Positions 11,601 to 27,000 are shown, counted from the first letter of the stretch. The stretch: 64,000 nt of DNA from Octopus vulgaris (GCA_951406725.2 OX597816.1:95418001-95482000); one strand, 5' to 3'. Notes: generated from the sequence alone by a model not told the origin. Translations and numbers: made by a program.

Positions 11601-14177
11601 TATAAACAAAAAGGATCTCATTATAATTCTGCTTGTCATTGAGTTACTTAGCCCGTAGGTAACGTTTTCACGTGATTAGAGAAAAAGACTGAGGAAGAAA
11701 GAAAAGAGTGAAAGATAAAAAAGGATAAGGTAAAGAATGAGATAGAAAGAGGGAAAAGAAAAGCGTCCATAACGTGAGGGAGGGGGAACGTAATATTTAT
11801 TATGTGGTTTAAAATGTTAGGTGAAGGTAGAAGAGGAGTTAGAAATATAATTTTAGCAGAGGGATGATGTTCTGATGATGAGATTAAGGAAAGACAGAAA
11901 GAGAGAAGAGAGAAAGAGAGGAGGGGGAGAGAGGAGAGAGAGAGAGTTGATGATAGTGGTTTTCGCGGTCGTGGGGATGGCGGGGGTGCTGGTGGTAGGG
12001 ATTCGGTAGTGAAAAGTATATTTATATTTTTAAAATTGATTTGAGATTATTATATCACCTATCAATTAAATCATGCGCATAAGTGCAATTCCGTGATATG
12101 TGTAATTTATCTAAAGGTTGTATCATATGTACGAGATATTTTTATGGGAAAAATGGAAAAATAAAACTGAATATTTATTTTATGAGTGCTGTGTATTAAG
12201 TCTATAAAATTATGCATAAAATATAAAATGTATATGTAAGGTGCATTAGGTAATCATCGTATTTTAATTTCTTTCAATTTTCAAGGATTAGCAGATAAGC
12301 GACTCTCTTTCCATACAGTCACAACACAGGCTTCGCATTTAGGTTTTAAGAATAAAGTTTTCAGAAGTAACACAATAAGTTTACCATTAATTCCGTGAAA
12401 TATTTACGGGTCCCGCTAGTAAAACTTATTTATTTAGCGCTTTCATTTCTACTGAAAGATTCCTCATGAATGATATATTTGTAAAAGTATCGGCAGGTTT
12501 ATAAGATGAAGGGATGAATATAATAAGATGAAGGGAGTTTGGAATGATATTGAGTATTTGCACACCATCATTCGCTTTCTCCCTAAAAACAAGCAGTTAT
12601 CGAGGAAGCTGTTGCACTTTTCAGTGATACATGTCTTGAAATTTTGGTCAAAAGTTTTATCTACTTTCTCGCAAAGTTTTTCTTCTAAATAATACATCAC
12701 AAATTAGCATATGAAGCAGAAAATATCTTACCCATAGCTGTGGATTTTATTAGTCAATATGTTTCACAGTCAAAGTAAAAGTGTTCTCCTCTAATATATA
12801 TATATATGTATGTATGTAACTCTCTCTCCACACACACACGCACACAACTATATTTACATTAAGCATAAGAAATACAAACTACTAAGAAGGAATAAGTTTC
12901 AGGAAGCTCGGAGTTACATTAATCGTATGCGTGTAATTATGTATATATGTATAGTTTTGTAGACACTGATATGTACATAAAACTTATATATGTGTGTGTT
13001 TTATGTACATATATTATATTTACCTGTAACTCATTCCCAAATAAACAGTCTAATTGTAAATCATCTTCCAGATATGACCACTTAATCTTTTTGTATATTT
13101 TGACCTTAATTGTCAAATGTCACCTTCATTTGCGTAAGCTGGTTGGTGGGATTTGGTAGAACTTTGCTGCTCTTTGTAGCAGGTCAAGCAGGCTGAAGGC
13201 TCCCTTTTTGATTCGAGTACAAATACGCTTAATATACCGATAAATAGATAGACAGGTAGATAGAGAGATAAATAGATAAGCAGATAAAAGTAGAGTAATT
13301 TGATTTAGTATCTCTTTTGACATAGTAAATGTATTTCATACTGACCATTTTAAGAGTGTGGTCTTGTTTAATATCAAATCAAAGAGGCTGATTTTATGTA
13401 TCTGTTTGAGTATTTGAAGATCGCATTAAATTCAACGTGCTTAAATCTTAAGTCCAGGTATAGTAACGTTAAAGTTTGATCGGATACACCGTCAACGCAT
13501 ATTCGCATGAAGAGGAGATATATTTATATCTATGAGTGTTTGATTTGATGAAATTTTAAGTTCAGTGAACAGATGTAATAATTCAGTTGGAATGTCTTGA
13601 TAACAGATGAATAAATACCATTATGTTAAAAGCAAATCTACGAAGGCAGCCGTCACGTTGAAAGCATAGTGAAAACATTCTCGTTAATTTCAAACTGAAA
13701 ATTATATAAAGTGTCATTGAAGCGAGACATTCAATTTCTAAGTTCAACAAAAGCGTCTTATTTCATATATAACAAGAAAAGTGCTATACAGAATTATGGC
13801 TATATTGTTAAGACATTTGCTTTGCAGTCATAATGTTCTGGGTTCGATCCTATCACTTTTATTATAGACATGAATCAACCGAAATTTTCTGAGTCAAAAT
13901 CTATTAGACCTTCTGTCGCTGCCCCGTCTCTCCTTATGTATAAATAAATATCTCTGCGTGTATCTGCATTAATGTTATCACCGGTCTAAGTTCGATATCG
14001 TTCGTGCTACGCTTTTTTATACCTCGTAATTTAGGTTTGAGATAAAAAGAAATGGATAACATCAGAGACGAATTGACATAAACGCTGGAGATAATATGAA
14101 CAGCTAAACCTTGAAGTATAGTTGCAGTCAAAGGGGTGAAACCAATAAAACTAAAAAAGAGGACACATGCACACACG

Positions 14178-14227
<50 letters not shown>

Positions 14228-14305
14228 ACGTGTATATAAATAAATAAATAAATAAATATATATATATATATACCTATGCGTATATATATAAATGTATATA
14301 TATAT

Positions 14306-14357
<52 letters not shown>

Positions 14358-14358
<1 letters not shown>

Positions 14359-15733
14359 TGACTCACTTCCTTGAGAGTCATAATATGCTGAACCCCAACC
14401 AGCATGGATTCCGTAATGGGAGAGATTGCCTGACGCAGCTACTTCATCATTTTGATGACATTCTGAGAGCTTTGGGAGAAGGTTCCAACACTGATGTCAT
14501 CTACCTTGATTTCAGCAAGGCCTTTGACAGGGTTGATCATAAGATCCTTCTGAGAAAGCTGTCCAATATTGGTGTCACTGGAAAGCTGCTGCAGTGGATC
14601 AAGTGCTTCCTGTCTAACAGAACCCAACATGTTGTAGTCGAATGAGTCAAATCCAGCCCAGCCAAAGTCAGCAGTGGTGTCCCACAAGGCACTGTGTTGG
14701 GCCCACTTCTCTTCATCATCTACATAAATGATATTACTGACACCATCAAACACAGTAACATCAGAACCTTCGCTGATGATTCCAAGCTCCAGAAGGTCAT
14801 CAATGGCGTGGATGACCGAATAAACCTTTCTGTCAGACCTACTGGCTGTTGTCCAATGGGCGGAAAAGAATAACATGAAGACAAATTCGAACTGATCCAC
14901 TTTGGAAGGGAGGACGCTCTGAAACTCCCATACTCTCTTCCTTCTGGAGAAATTCTCATGGCATCCAACAACATCAGAGACTTGGAGTAACAGTGGACAA
15001 CAACATAAGCTGGGCTACACATATAAGCAGCAAAGTTGACATGGCCCGCAGAATGTGTTCCTGGATTCTCGGAACCTTCCAGTCGAGAGATTCCCACGAT
15101 ATTATCCTTCTCTTCTCCACTTTTGCCCGACCCCACCTTGAATACTGCTGTCCACTGTGGTCTCCCTACACAAAACAAAATATTATAAGAATTGAAGCTC
15201 CCCAAAGGTCAATCACAAAAAAGATAGATGGCATGTCAGACCTTGACTACTGGGGTAGACTAGAGAAGCTGAAATTGTATTCACTCCAACGACGCCGTGA
15301 ACGCTACATTATCTGTATGATGTGGAAAATATTCCATCAGCACTGTCCGAATGATGTTGGCATCACCTTCAAAATACATCCAAGGCTTGGACCACGTGCC
15401 ATCCGCCCACAACAAAAATCTAAATCGCATCACATAACGACAATACGGCACAACTATTTCACCTCAATTGGACCTGCTCTCTTCAACATTACATCAGGAC
15501 ACGCCAAAAAAGAAACTGACCACACAAAATTCAAGAAGTCTTTGGACAAATTCCTTCAAACAGTACCGGACAAACCACCCACACCCGGATACGTCTCCGC
15601 AAACAATAACTCTCTGCTCGAATGGGCCTTGGTGCCCAAATCCTGAACTGAAAGACTTTGCCAGGTGGTGCTATTAAGTTAGACATGGCCTGGGCCAATA
15701 CTGGCCAAAACCTTTCTAAGTTATTCTAAGTTA
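14358..15733 (+). mobile_element. 5'-truncated CR1-group LINE (RT and C-terminal region), inactivated
   Basis: Motifs [69 protein letters not shown] and LYSLQRRRERY. Stops at 14643-14645 and ~14988 plus frameshifts. Short tandem tail (ttctaagtta)x2. Flanked by (TA)n on both sides. Confidence 0.92.
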
Positions 15734-15886
15734 TATATATATGTATGTATATATATATATGTGTGTGTGTATATATAAATATATATACATATATATATGT
15801 ATGTATATATATATGTATATATATATATATACATTTATATATATGTGTATGTATATATATATGTGTATATATATATATATAAATAT

Positions 15887-15957
<71 letters not shown>

Positions 15958-16935
15958 CCTATGTATATATGCAGTTGAATTAGATACTTAAGTTGAGGCA
16001 ACAAATCAGTCCGCTATTATCTGAAGTACTCGAAATAAAGTGAATAAAATCAAATAAGTAACAGGATGTTTGATATTAATGCAATACGACCGTTTCAAGC
16101 GGGTCCATTTAATTGAACAATGCAAGCATTACATCAATTTAAATTGAGTGCCATGTTAAGTTTTAAAAAATATGGATTTTCAACAGACAAGACATTAATA
16201 TAATTTTTCTCAAATATGTTATCAGACAAGTGCATCGTAATACTTCATCTCCACAGAACTATTAGGTAGTCCCTTTCATAGTTGTTAAAATTTTCTTGTG
16301 TACTTATATTTAAATAAGTCTATATGTTATTGAATCATTTATCTTATTATTCTACTTATGATGCCTTTCTTTCAACCAATGTATAATATGTATCTCTTTC
16401 CTAGATAAGTTCCATAAGTTGTGATCATTGAGTTCTGTCCTAAGTTTCATAGTGTAACTGAAAATAATGAAAATAGTTCATGTCCATACTACCCTACCTA
16501 CCCCTTTTTATGGGCATTTGCGACTAACTAATTCATTCCTTCTAGAATTTGTTTCCTTATGTGGTAAGGAGTACTTATGGCCATAAGAAGTTAAGATTTG
16601 GGATACATCTAATAATATTTATTTATGACCAGCAGCAAGTTCTGAACTGTCAAATCATAATGGTATTGATTCTCAATAAACGCAGTCTCTTACCTCTTAG
16701 ATCTTTTGGGGGTGAGAAGAGTGTAGATAAAAAATTAGAAATGAATAACAATCCCATGACCCCTACTGTCCTCCATTCCTGCCATTCTAAAATTGTAGTA
16801 GTTTTTCTCTTAGTTTATTCATGTTGCAATAGAGCTCAAATGAAATTCTTTCATCCTATAGCTCCGATAAAATATTTGAGAAAAATGTATACTATACCAA
16901 ATAAGAGGTCTGTGCTTATAGCACGTCTTAGGTAG

Positions 16936-17004
<69 letters not shown>

Positions 17005-18809
17005 ACACACACAAATATATATATATATATATATATACATATATACATTTTTTCTTTCTCTTGCCTCTCGCTTCTCTCTATTGGTTTTTCTTCGTTTGGT
17101 ATATTGAGCTTCAATTTAAACTTTTTGCTTTTGTATGTTTTTGCTTTATATTTCTACTCTTTTCAGAAACATGATTTTGTCTGACTCTTCGTAGTATCTT
17201 TTGTTAGTTTGCTATTTGCTTCAAAATTTGTCTTATTTGTGCAAATTTTGCATACATACATACTAACATGCATGCATGCATACATACATACATCATACAC
17301 ACGTACTGGCATGCACACACAGGCACACACACATGCGTATCAGCATTAATTATTTCAAATTACCGTGCATTGTCAGTTGAAACGAGTCTAGTATATGACT
17401 AGTTCTTATTTAATTTGCTTTTGGCTCGCTGAAAATTCAATGTTTTAGTTTTAACTGATAATGTAAATATGTCTGTTATATACATTAAAGATTGTTGCAT
17501 AATTCAGTAAAAACAGTTCGAACGCACTCGTTCCACTGCCAAGAAAATGCAGCGAAATTTTCTTTATATTATATCCAAACTACATTAAAATAGTATGTCA
17601 GTTCTGGTTGCCTACTACATAAAAATAAAACCAAAACGATGGTGCGATGATGGTTTAAATGTATTTGATCGTTGGTCAATGAATAGTTTCAAGTGTGTAA
17701 TTTTAGGAGAGTTTACTCTATTAGGAGCACATTTACCAACAAATATCAACCTTTAAATGCTTAAGCTTGTCACAAGCCGCATCCATTTCATTGCACTCTG
17801 AGAAGCTGGAAACACTTTAGAAAGTACTTTACTACTTCATTAGCTTATAAACACTGCAAGATAATTAGTTATCTGATCCACAATGTCTACCAGTTCCCCT
17901 AATTGGTGACATGAATGGTTTCTATCTTTCGAGTAAGACAACAATTTTAGGTAGCTAGTGCATCCTTCTTAATTAACTCCAGAACATAACTGGCGCTTGT
18001 TTTATTATTTTCTGAGTACTGAAGGCGAATTTTGAACTCGGAGCCTTAAAAACACTAAGGCAGTGCCAACCTAAATGCTAATAATTGTCTCTACTATCAT
18101 CTTAACACCATATTGTCAATTCTAGTTCTAGATACAATTATTGAAGTGTTAATGTCTCTATGGATACACCATCACTTTACCAGATGTATCATATTTAGAA
18201 ATATTAGTATTTCTTCAAAACGCTAGGTGATAGAAACATAAATCCTAATTTGTTGCCCATTCTGCGACATAAGTAGGTGATAAAAAAATGATTCATTGAC
18301 GTATGTATCACTTTTACAACTTTACACTTATAAATGGTTTAATAATGAAGATGTTATTCTTCTATTTAGAATCGGATACTTAATATGAAAAACAATCTTG
18401 CGTTCCTTTATGAGTTTACATCTGATAACTTGATATGAATGTTATATTTGTGAGAACATTTACACTTCGTGTCAGGTTTCGTGCGGCCACGCGTACTTTA
18501 CGAATAAACTACCGTAAATGTCCCGAAGCTAACAAAACTGTTAAGCCAATATGCTAGTTTAGTCTATTTAGCAACCGAAGTACTGATCATTTAGTACACA
18601 TCATAATAGGACTTCTACACAACGAAGAACTATCTCCATTGTATAAATTACTAGCTGTGAAAGATAACACATAATTAATTGTACTTTTTAAGATAACCGT
18701 GGTAAATTTGAAACCATAAATACCATTAAGTACTAATACTTAGTTAATATTTGATCACACTGAAATATTGATTATTTGTTTTTGACTGTAAATAGGTTAG
18801 TTTGCAATA

Positions 18810-18950
18810 TGGCAGCGATGGATGAACGAGATTGTAGTGCGTCAAATTAAATCCAGTCTTTCGGTCGTTATTTTCCAATTCAAATTAAGAAAACTAGACT
18901 TCGACTTTCATCTCTTCAGGTTCTATAAATTTAATACCTGTTGTACTTGC
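18810..18950 (+). mobile_element. Highly degenerate SINE family B copy
   Basis: ggcagcgatgg...ttcaaatt...gacttcgactttcatctcttcagg..ataaatttaatacctgttg loosely follows the family B order of blocks. Similar relics appear at ~17925-18100(-) and 25520-26140. Confidence 0.4.
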
Positions 18951-19437
18951 TTTATTTTAACCACAGCAGATGTTGACCTTGTAGCTATGTTACGAAGAGA
19001 TACAGTCAACTGAAATGGATACAAGGTAATCAATTATTTCTACTTGACGTTTTATAAGTGTTGGACACAAAGACGTAGAAAATCACATATTGTTTAATAC
19101 TATGGCACTACTTTGTTATTTTTAATTCCATGTACTGGCAGTCACAGTAAATGTTACTAAACGGACGAAGTTATTACGAAAAAGGGATTATAAAGTGATC
19201 AATAAGTCACTTAAAAGACTGGAGAAAAGCGACTGAAAATATAATACATTGTCTTATAAGTGGAGAAATAAAAATAGAAGGATGAAAATAGCGAGCCCAT
19301 AATACGAATTCCAGTAGTGCTAACTTTATCTTGTACTAATACGAACTGATTAAAATGTCACATCTGAAATGTAATAAAATCAACGTATTCGTTATAACTG
19401 ACTTGAGAATATCGAGTACATACTCTTGAGGGGGTAT

Positions 19438-19560
19438 GAGAGAGAGAGAGAGAGAGAGAAGGAGTATGAGAGGTAGAGAGAGAGGGAGAGAGAGAGAGGG
19501 AGAGAGAGAGGGAGAGAGAGGGAGAGAGAGAGAGGGAGAGAGAGGGAGAGAAAGAGAGGG
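19438..19560. repeat. (GA)n/(GGGAGAGAGA)n polypurine tract
   Basis: Seen directly. Confidence 0.9.
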
Positions 19561-20075
19561 CAGATAACTTTTCAATCAAGAATACAGGCAATGATCATTG
19601 TTAGAGTTAGAGGTGGAAATTATATCATTATCTTGTTAAATAAATGTAGGAAAATATCAGTTATATATCAATGCGACATAATTAATTGTAACTTCCTTCT
19701 CTTTTTCACGTTCTTTTCTCCTTTACTATAACTTTCAAATCGTCTCCCAGTTTGTAACCTATTTCCTCACATTTTTTACTCTACATCACTAAATATATAT
19801 GTCAAGATATCTGTAAAGAGTGACGAACGAGAGTGTGTGAGAGAGAAAAGGAAAAGAAAACAGAGATAGAAGAGATGAACTATAATAGTTGATTTGAAAG
19901 TGAAGTTGGTACAAAAGTAAAAATAATTGTCCATGATAAATGCGGGAAATTATATTGATTAAGAATGTAATTTCATATAATTTACAATGGGTAGTTTACA
20001 AAATTAATATACAATAGCAATGTAAATGAGCTATAAGAGTAAATAGACTCCCCAAATTCTATCCTGCTACAATAA

Positions 20076-20480
20076 TTCTCTTTACTCTTTACTCTTTTAC
20101 TTGTTTCAGTCATTTGGCTGCGGCCATGCTGGAGCACTGCCTTTTAGTCGAGCAAATCGACCCCGGGACTTATTCTTTGTAAGCCCAGTACTTATTCTAT
20201 CGGTCTCTTTTGCTGAACCGCTAAAGTTACGGGGACGTAAACACACCAGCATCGGTTGTCAAGCAATGCTAGGGGGACAAACACAGACACACAAACACAC
20301 ACATATATATACACATATATACGACAGGCTTCTTTCTGTTTCCGTCTACCAAATCCACTCACAAGGCATTGGTCGGCCCGGGGCTATAGCAGAAGACACT
20401 TGCCCAAGATGCCACGCAGTGGGACTAAACCCGGAACCATGTGGTTGGTTAGCAAGTTACTTACCACACAGCCACTCCTG
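20076..20480 (-). mobile_element. Near full-length tRNA-derived SINE family A (CORE-SINE-like)
   Basis: Minus-strand head caggagtggctgtgtggtaag (A-box) ... ccgggtttagtccc (B-box), then CORE-like ggcatcttgggcaagtgtcttct, an internal (TA/CA)n, and a (gtaaaga)n-type tail. Confidence 0.9.
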
Positions 20481-20499
20481 ATATTTTCTTCAAAACATT

Positions 20500-22230
20500 T
20501 AGAAGATATCTCAGAAGACAGATGGTATTATCGCAGGTGATCATTTAACAACCAAACACCCGCAGCAGCAGCATCTGTTGATTTGGTAACGATATATGTC
20601 AATGAAGGGAAAACTTTCCTAGACATTATTAAATCCTGTATACTGAAAAATATCCTGGGAGTCCGAAATAAATTTGACTATGCTTTGTGTCTCCTTTCTT
20701 GAAGAACAGCTTGATATTTTGGTGAATAGTCAACGGCGTTGGAGAGCATAAAGATTAATGTTGAAAATGAGAAACTTTTAGATGTCATGGAGAAATAGAA
20801 GCCATCTTCATATCGGAAAAGAGTTATCTGAATCATGATGATTCCTGACGAGTATCAACATGACTGTTGCTCAGCGCTCCATAAACACTATAAATGCTGT
20901 AACATGACATGGACATCTGCCATGGTGACTACACAGCTGGTACCAGCAGGAAGGAATACAGCAGGTGTTCTGACCACGTCTACTCGCCGGAACATAACCA
21001 GCAACCGCAGGATAAAGTGATCGAAGATTCGAGCAAGGGAATGCGGACTTTGGCGTGAGAGATGAGTGTTGTAGTCACCATCACGAAACTAGCCATGAAT
21101 AACGGTATTGGGGCCATGGTGGAAGCTGATGGCAACTAATTTGAGCTAACTGTTATTTTCTAGCTATAATCTAGTGGATATCTTTTGACTTTGTTAAAAT
21201 ACTGTTATTTTTTTATGGGATATTGCTTTGTTTTCCTTTTATGCAAACCGTCAAATTTAGCTCAAACACTGTAATTCTCCAGCAGATTATGATATTGAAA
21301 GATCTTGTTAGGTTCGTCGAGAACCGTATTAACATCAAACTTCGCCATTGACTTTTGTGCGTGATATGAAGAGTTACAAACAGTGATGTCCCGTATGAAG
21401 CAGTTCCCTCGAATCCAAGAACAAATGGTAGTTCCATCAAACTTCCCATCGTCTCTGGATAATCCTACTGGTTCTACAGTTTAAAAAATATTTTCTGTTA
21501 CTAGAACTCGTGCAATTACACGTATTTCAGTGTGGCACGCGAAGCGACTAGAATACAGGTGACGTAGATGTTCATGAAATTATGGAAATTGTGAGGCTTA
21601 GTATTTCGACCCCTCATTCCTGAAATTAAATAATTTTCGACTTTAAAATATTGGGAATATGGAATTTATCTGGAGCCACTGATACCTCCACAGGAAAAAC
21701 GTCGACGCAACACGCAAAACGTTACTCGTAGAAAGTGACACCTTCAATATTGAATCGATAGATTAAAAAGAGAGTCGAAAATACGCTACATTGTCCCAAA
21801 GTTAATTCACCTTGCTTTAGGGTTCATCAGAGTCTAAGCCTGCTCCAGAGTAGTAGAAGAGCTACATCCACTACCTCGTGGTAATTAGTCCCCGTTTGAT
21901 AAAAGAAAATGGTGTCTACTATTAATGGGCAAGCATGAAAGGAAGAAATTTATAAGGGAAATATAGATAAGGGCACTATGTAAACCTGGAGACCGAGTTA
22001 TTTGAGTGACATGGCTTGATTAAAGGAATTTAGTGAAAACTTACCATCGTGCAAATTTTCGATTTCCTTATAAAGTATGTCGTAAAACCTTATCAATGAT
22101 GATGAGAATCTAATTGAAAAGCTAACTCTAACACTATATATTAACTTAGTGATTAACAAAATTATCAGTTGCTAAGTATCAGTTGCCTAAGTAACAACGA
22201 GAAGTGGAGATTTAAAGGAGAGATTTGATG
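20500..22230 (+). mobile_element. Possible very degenerate Gypsy-type LTR retrotransposon internal region
   Basis: Weak hints only: a zinc-knuckle-like YKC...GHL near 20890-20925, a KPGDRVI...PYKV post-integrase-like stretch near 21980-22080, and a polypurine ttaaaggagag near 22212. Confidence 0.2.
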
Positions 22231-23661
22231 AAGTGTATTTTGCCGTGAAGTTTTAATTTCTAATCTGATTCATAAAGACAAAACACCAGTACATATTTAA
22301 CTCCATCTACTGTCCTTCATTGAAAACAATCTAGAATAACCGCCAATTCATTTAATTAAACTGATAGTTCTCAGATTTATGTATTTTTTCTCAAGTGATA
22401 TATCATACTTCTTTTATAAAGCGATAATTCATTTATCAACTTGAAGTTAATAAGGAGCTATTCTAGCTCCTTATGATGTTTTCGTCTTTGGAAAGGAAGA
22501 CAGATGTTGAGGAGATTTATCCTCAAGCGTATGTTATCGACCATAACACCCCATCTTTTACCAACGTGCCTCTTCAGTACTTATCACACGTTCTCAACAA
22601 CTACCGTCCCTTATCAGCCATAGCCATACCCATATATTCTTCACTTCAGTACCAAGATAGTCATCACAGTTCATTACAGCGATTACATTAGCGTTGAAAA
22701 TCATCAGTTTACTGAGCCTAGTAAATCTAGCATTATCTTCAGTTATTGTTTAATGCACACAGTACAGTGATATTGATTCGAAATAATATATCTCCTATTA
22801 AGAGCTGGATGCTTTATCTGCCAGACAATAGGAATGCGTTTTTTGAATACGAGTTAACAACCTACCAATAACATCAGAAACATTACTAATTCATGTTTTG
22901 TTCTTTTAGAGATAGAGAACAGTTCTTATAAGAAATAAAATTTATGTGATTTCTTTCTACTACAGTTTAGATAAGACGAATCTAGTCTTGAAATTTGATA
23001 TAAAAACCCAGTTTCTACAAACGGAATATCTAAAAGTATTGGAAGCTTGAGGTCCTTTTGACACTAAATATGGAAATTAATTCAAAGATCACTATAACAG
23101 CTGGTACACAGCTGTACCGGGTTGATATTAATCATGATTGCTCAACAGAGTAATTACAGTATATTACTTTGTAATGCTTCTTGATAATGAGTTTGCATAA
23201 AAAAATGTGATTATCAGTAATCTGTTATTAAATAGACATGAAACCAGAAACATTTTGACGTGCGTGGAATTGCAAGCTGAATTCTTGCTCCGATATTTCA
23301 CAGCAAAATAGACTACAGACTCTGTTCAGAAAGAACTTCATACCTAACATAGAATGATCTTGAATCAGTACCTAGTGTATTATCTGTGATTATTTCTTCC
23401 ACGACTGAAAGCAAAACTGACATGCCAAGATTGAAACCCAGTAATACAGCTTTATACTTTAGCTATCATAATGTGTTGGTGTAAGTCTATACAATTTATA
23501 ATATCAACTCCGTTGTAATTTTACAATATAGAATTACTTGTCAAAGGGATAGCCTATACATGATTACTCAATATGCTAGAAATATTAACCAAACCACTCT
23601 GAAATAAGATCATACCGTATTAAAAGGAAAAGCAAATTGGATAACTTTGTCTTTGATAAAC

Positions 23662-24147
23662 TCACCTGGATCACCTGGTTCGGCCAGGCTGTCTGGAGCT
23701 GAGTCGGCTCCGCCAGCCACAGTATTTGTTTCATTCCCCATTTTCTTCCACGTTGTTGCAAACATTTTTCTTAAATCTTCTTCCCGCTTGATTGGAGGTC
23801 TTCCGAGTGGTCTCTTCCGTTCGCGCGGATACCACTCGACAACTGCACGGATCCAACGATTGTCTATGGATCTTGCGACATAGTCGGCCAATCGTTTCTT
23901 TGCGTGGTGGTATTCTGCGACGACTTCTTTCATTCCAGTTCTATTCTCGATCTCCTCATTCTGGATGTGATCTCTTAGCGAAATTCCCAACGTCGATCTC
24001 TTCCATGGCTCTCTGCGCCGTAAGTAGAGTTTCTTCTTCTCTCTTCGTCAAAATCCAAATCTCACATGCGTATAGCATTGCAGGAAAGACAATGCTGTTG
24101 AAGTGATTGGCGCGAGTTGCCTTGTCTAGGTTTGCTTTCAACTCCCT
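23662..24147 (-). mobile_element. 5'-truncated RTE-clade LINE, 3' end
   Basis: FNSIVFPAMLYACEIW...AQRAME, then GISLRDHIQNEEI..RT...YVARSIDNRW...EWYPRERKRPLGRPP, the typical RTE C-terminus. Short tandem tail (ccaggtgat)x2. Confidence 0.88.
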
Positions 24148-24492
24148 GTGAGTATATATGTGTATATGTGTACGTGTACAAGAGGAGTATGTGAATGTTT
24201 GCATGTGTGAATCAGCATTCTTTCGGCAACAAACGACGATTGATGTCACATCTGAAAGGACAACAACTAGATAACATTAACAGGTGTATTAATTTGATTT
24301 ACGATCCATATTCTACCCCATATTTAGTCACGGCCAGCTTTATGTGGTCTTAGGTCGTACTAGAAGGAAGGAAAACAAACTTTAAAATTTGAAGGAAACA
24401 AACAGTCAAGGGATGTTAGTTGCAGAGAAATTTGTCACAAAATATTTGGCAATAAAAGAATTATTAAACTAAAGACTTGGTTTTGTACTTTA

Positions 24493-24548
24493 TTTATATA
24501 TAAAATACTACAATTAGCCGTCATTTTTGACGGCACGGGGCCAACTAG
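24493..24548 (+). mobile_element. Minimal Helitron-like element or isolated Helitron 3' end (56 bp)
   Basis: a|tttatatataaaata...GCCGTCA-tttt-TGACGGC-acggggccaa-CTAG|t: a perfect 7-bp hairpin 10 nt before CTAG, followed by T. Confidence 0.55.
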
Positions 24549-26576
24549 TAGAATAAAATGAAGGACATATTTGTATAAGAACTCATATTGTGACATCACA
24601 CACAGATAAGTCTATACAACCGCCAAATATGGTTTAAGAACATGTTTGTTACCAGCCAGCTGTTTATGTCATTTAATCAATTGATTAATTAATTAATAAA
24701 ATAAGAGTATAGATTGTAATATTACCGCATGTAGTTAACTTAAAACAATATATTGATATAACATCTATTTTAAACTGGCAATTTGTAAGCTCTTCTCAAA
24801 TTCGAGATGAAATAGCCAGCATCTGCTTATAAAATTAAACATGGAATCACGCTGAATTCCACTTTAATCGATGCGTTATGTGTTTCATGCGCTGAGAAAG
24901 GATAACAGAAGCGGGGAAGTCTTTTTCAGAAATGATCTCTTTTTGGAAATTGAGGGATGAGATATTGTTGAATGAGTGGAATATGCATTATAATTCTCAA
25001 AGTGTATTTTCTCAAAGTGTAAAAGGTCAAACAACAAAATCGATTATGAGCTGATCTGGACAAAGCAGCTGACTCTAAAACCTTCCTAGTGATATGAAAA
25101 TACTGTTTGGTATATTTGCATTTTTCCCAAGATAACTATAATGGTTCCAAAAGATTGAACTAAAGATTTCAACCTTAAGCTGCTAAGGTAATGATTCCTA
25201 TCTCAGTAATCAATACTTCACAACTAAACATATCCCATCAAAAGAAATACTTGAATATAAAATTTCATGGCCTAAATCAAATCTCTATGTGATATAAAAT
25301 ATTAATGCACACACACACACTCATACGTGTATATATACATTTATACACACGCGTACACACAGAGACACACATAAAGTGAGGGAGAAAAGGAACTTCGCTC
25401 TTCATATTGCTTGATAAAATGTATGTTTTAGATCCACTCAAATACAATATTATCTATTGACAAATATCGTTAGTTCTTTTTATTGTTATTGCTATTATCG
25501 GCAACTTCCATTTTAAATATAGGAACAAGACCTTCAATTTGGTGAGAGGGAGAACGTTTAGTTTATTTAATCGATCGTAGTACTTCACTGATTTTGTTTT
25601 TTACTTTATTGTCCCACGGGAAATAAAAGGCACATTTGATATCAACTAAAATTGAACTTAGAAAGTAATTATTTATAACAAATTCTAATGCACCCTGTCC
25701 ACCACTATAGCGATTCTGTCTTAACTCGCTTTCTCAGCATGTAGTTAAGTTCTATTATGTTCTCAGGGCAAACTTCGTTGAAGTTGTTGTCTTATATTAA
25801 TAATGAGACGGATACTATAAAGTATCAGTCAAGTACTGGAGGCATGTAATCGATTTTCCCTTCCGCAAAACAATTGTGGCCTAGTGCCTACCTTAGAAAT
25901 CAGTATGGACGATAATATTGTATTAGCCGGGAATGGTAAGAAATTAAAAGAGATCGGTTGAGCAACGAACAAAGTAACTACAAATTTGCATAGTATGGAT
26001 TCTGATTTCAAATCCAGCTCGTATCATTTTCACACCCAACCCATCCATGTTCGATAAATTCAGTATCAGTGAAATGCGGTGGTCGATTTATTTGATTCTG
26101 GTCCTTCCACTACAATTATAGGCCGCGTTCCAAAGTAAAAAAAAATCAATATAATGTTATTATCGCCAGCATTGTATATTTATTTTGTAAGACTGGTATT
26201 TTCATCGATTATAATTTTTACTGTTTTTTTTTTATATTAATTTTCCTGCAGATTTTCAAGTGTTTGTCCATATATCTACATACGTTCGTACACACATACC
26301 TAGGTACACCCGTATGTTTATTATTCTAAAACATTTATTTGAAATATTTTCGTATATTGTAAGTATAGTATATATTTTTATTTTCAGCATTGTGAGAAGG
26401 TGAAAAAAAATACAAAACAAAAAAGATGAAATAGATATTGATTTTTTTCTTTGTTTAGCTTCGTTTTCAGAACTTCAGATTTTTTACATACAATCCTCAA
26501 CTCCAGTCAGTTTTTGGCTATTTTAAAGAGCAACTTCTGCAATTAATAATTACAGTCCAACGCATTAATAACGGTG

Positions 26577-26634
<58 letters not shown>

Positions 26635-26933
26635 TGTTTGTTAGAGTTATCTACTAAGATGTATTAGTTTTAATTTGACCGATTAAATACCGCCCAGTCT
26701 TTAGTCTCGTCCGTTTACGTTCTGAGTCGGAGAACCTATGAAATTGACATTATCGAAGAACTACCAATTATATAAAAAAGTTTTGTTATACCTCTTCTCT
26801 CATAAAAATTTGTGGCCTTGTTACAAAATAAAAAAAAAATCAACACATACACACACACACTTAAACACATATATGTGTATTAATGTATATATTCTTATGC
26901 ACGTATGTATCTAGTTATATTTATATATATATA

Positions 26934-27000
<67 letters not shown>

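Noticed and set aside
20380-20480. tRNA-like sequences with A and B boxes (also near 30350-30421, 44890-44956, 50430-50498)
   Set aside because: They are SINE heads continuing into SINE bodies, with no complete cloverleaf.
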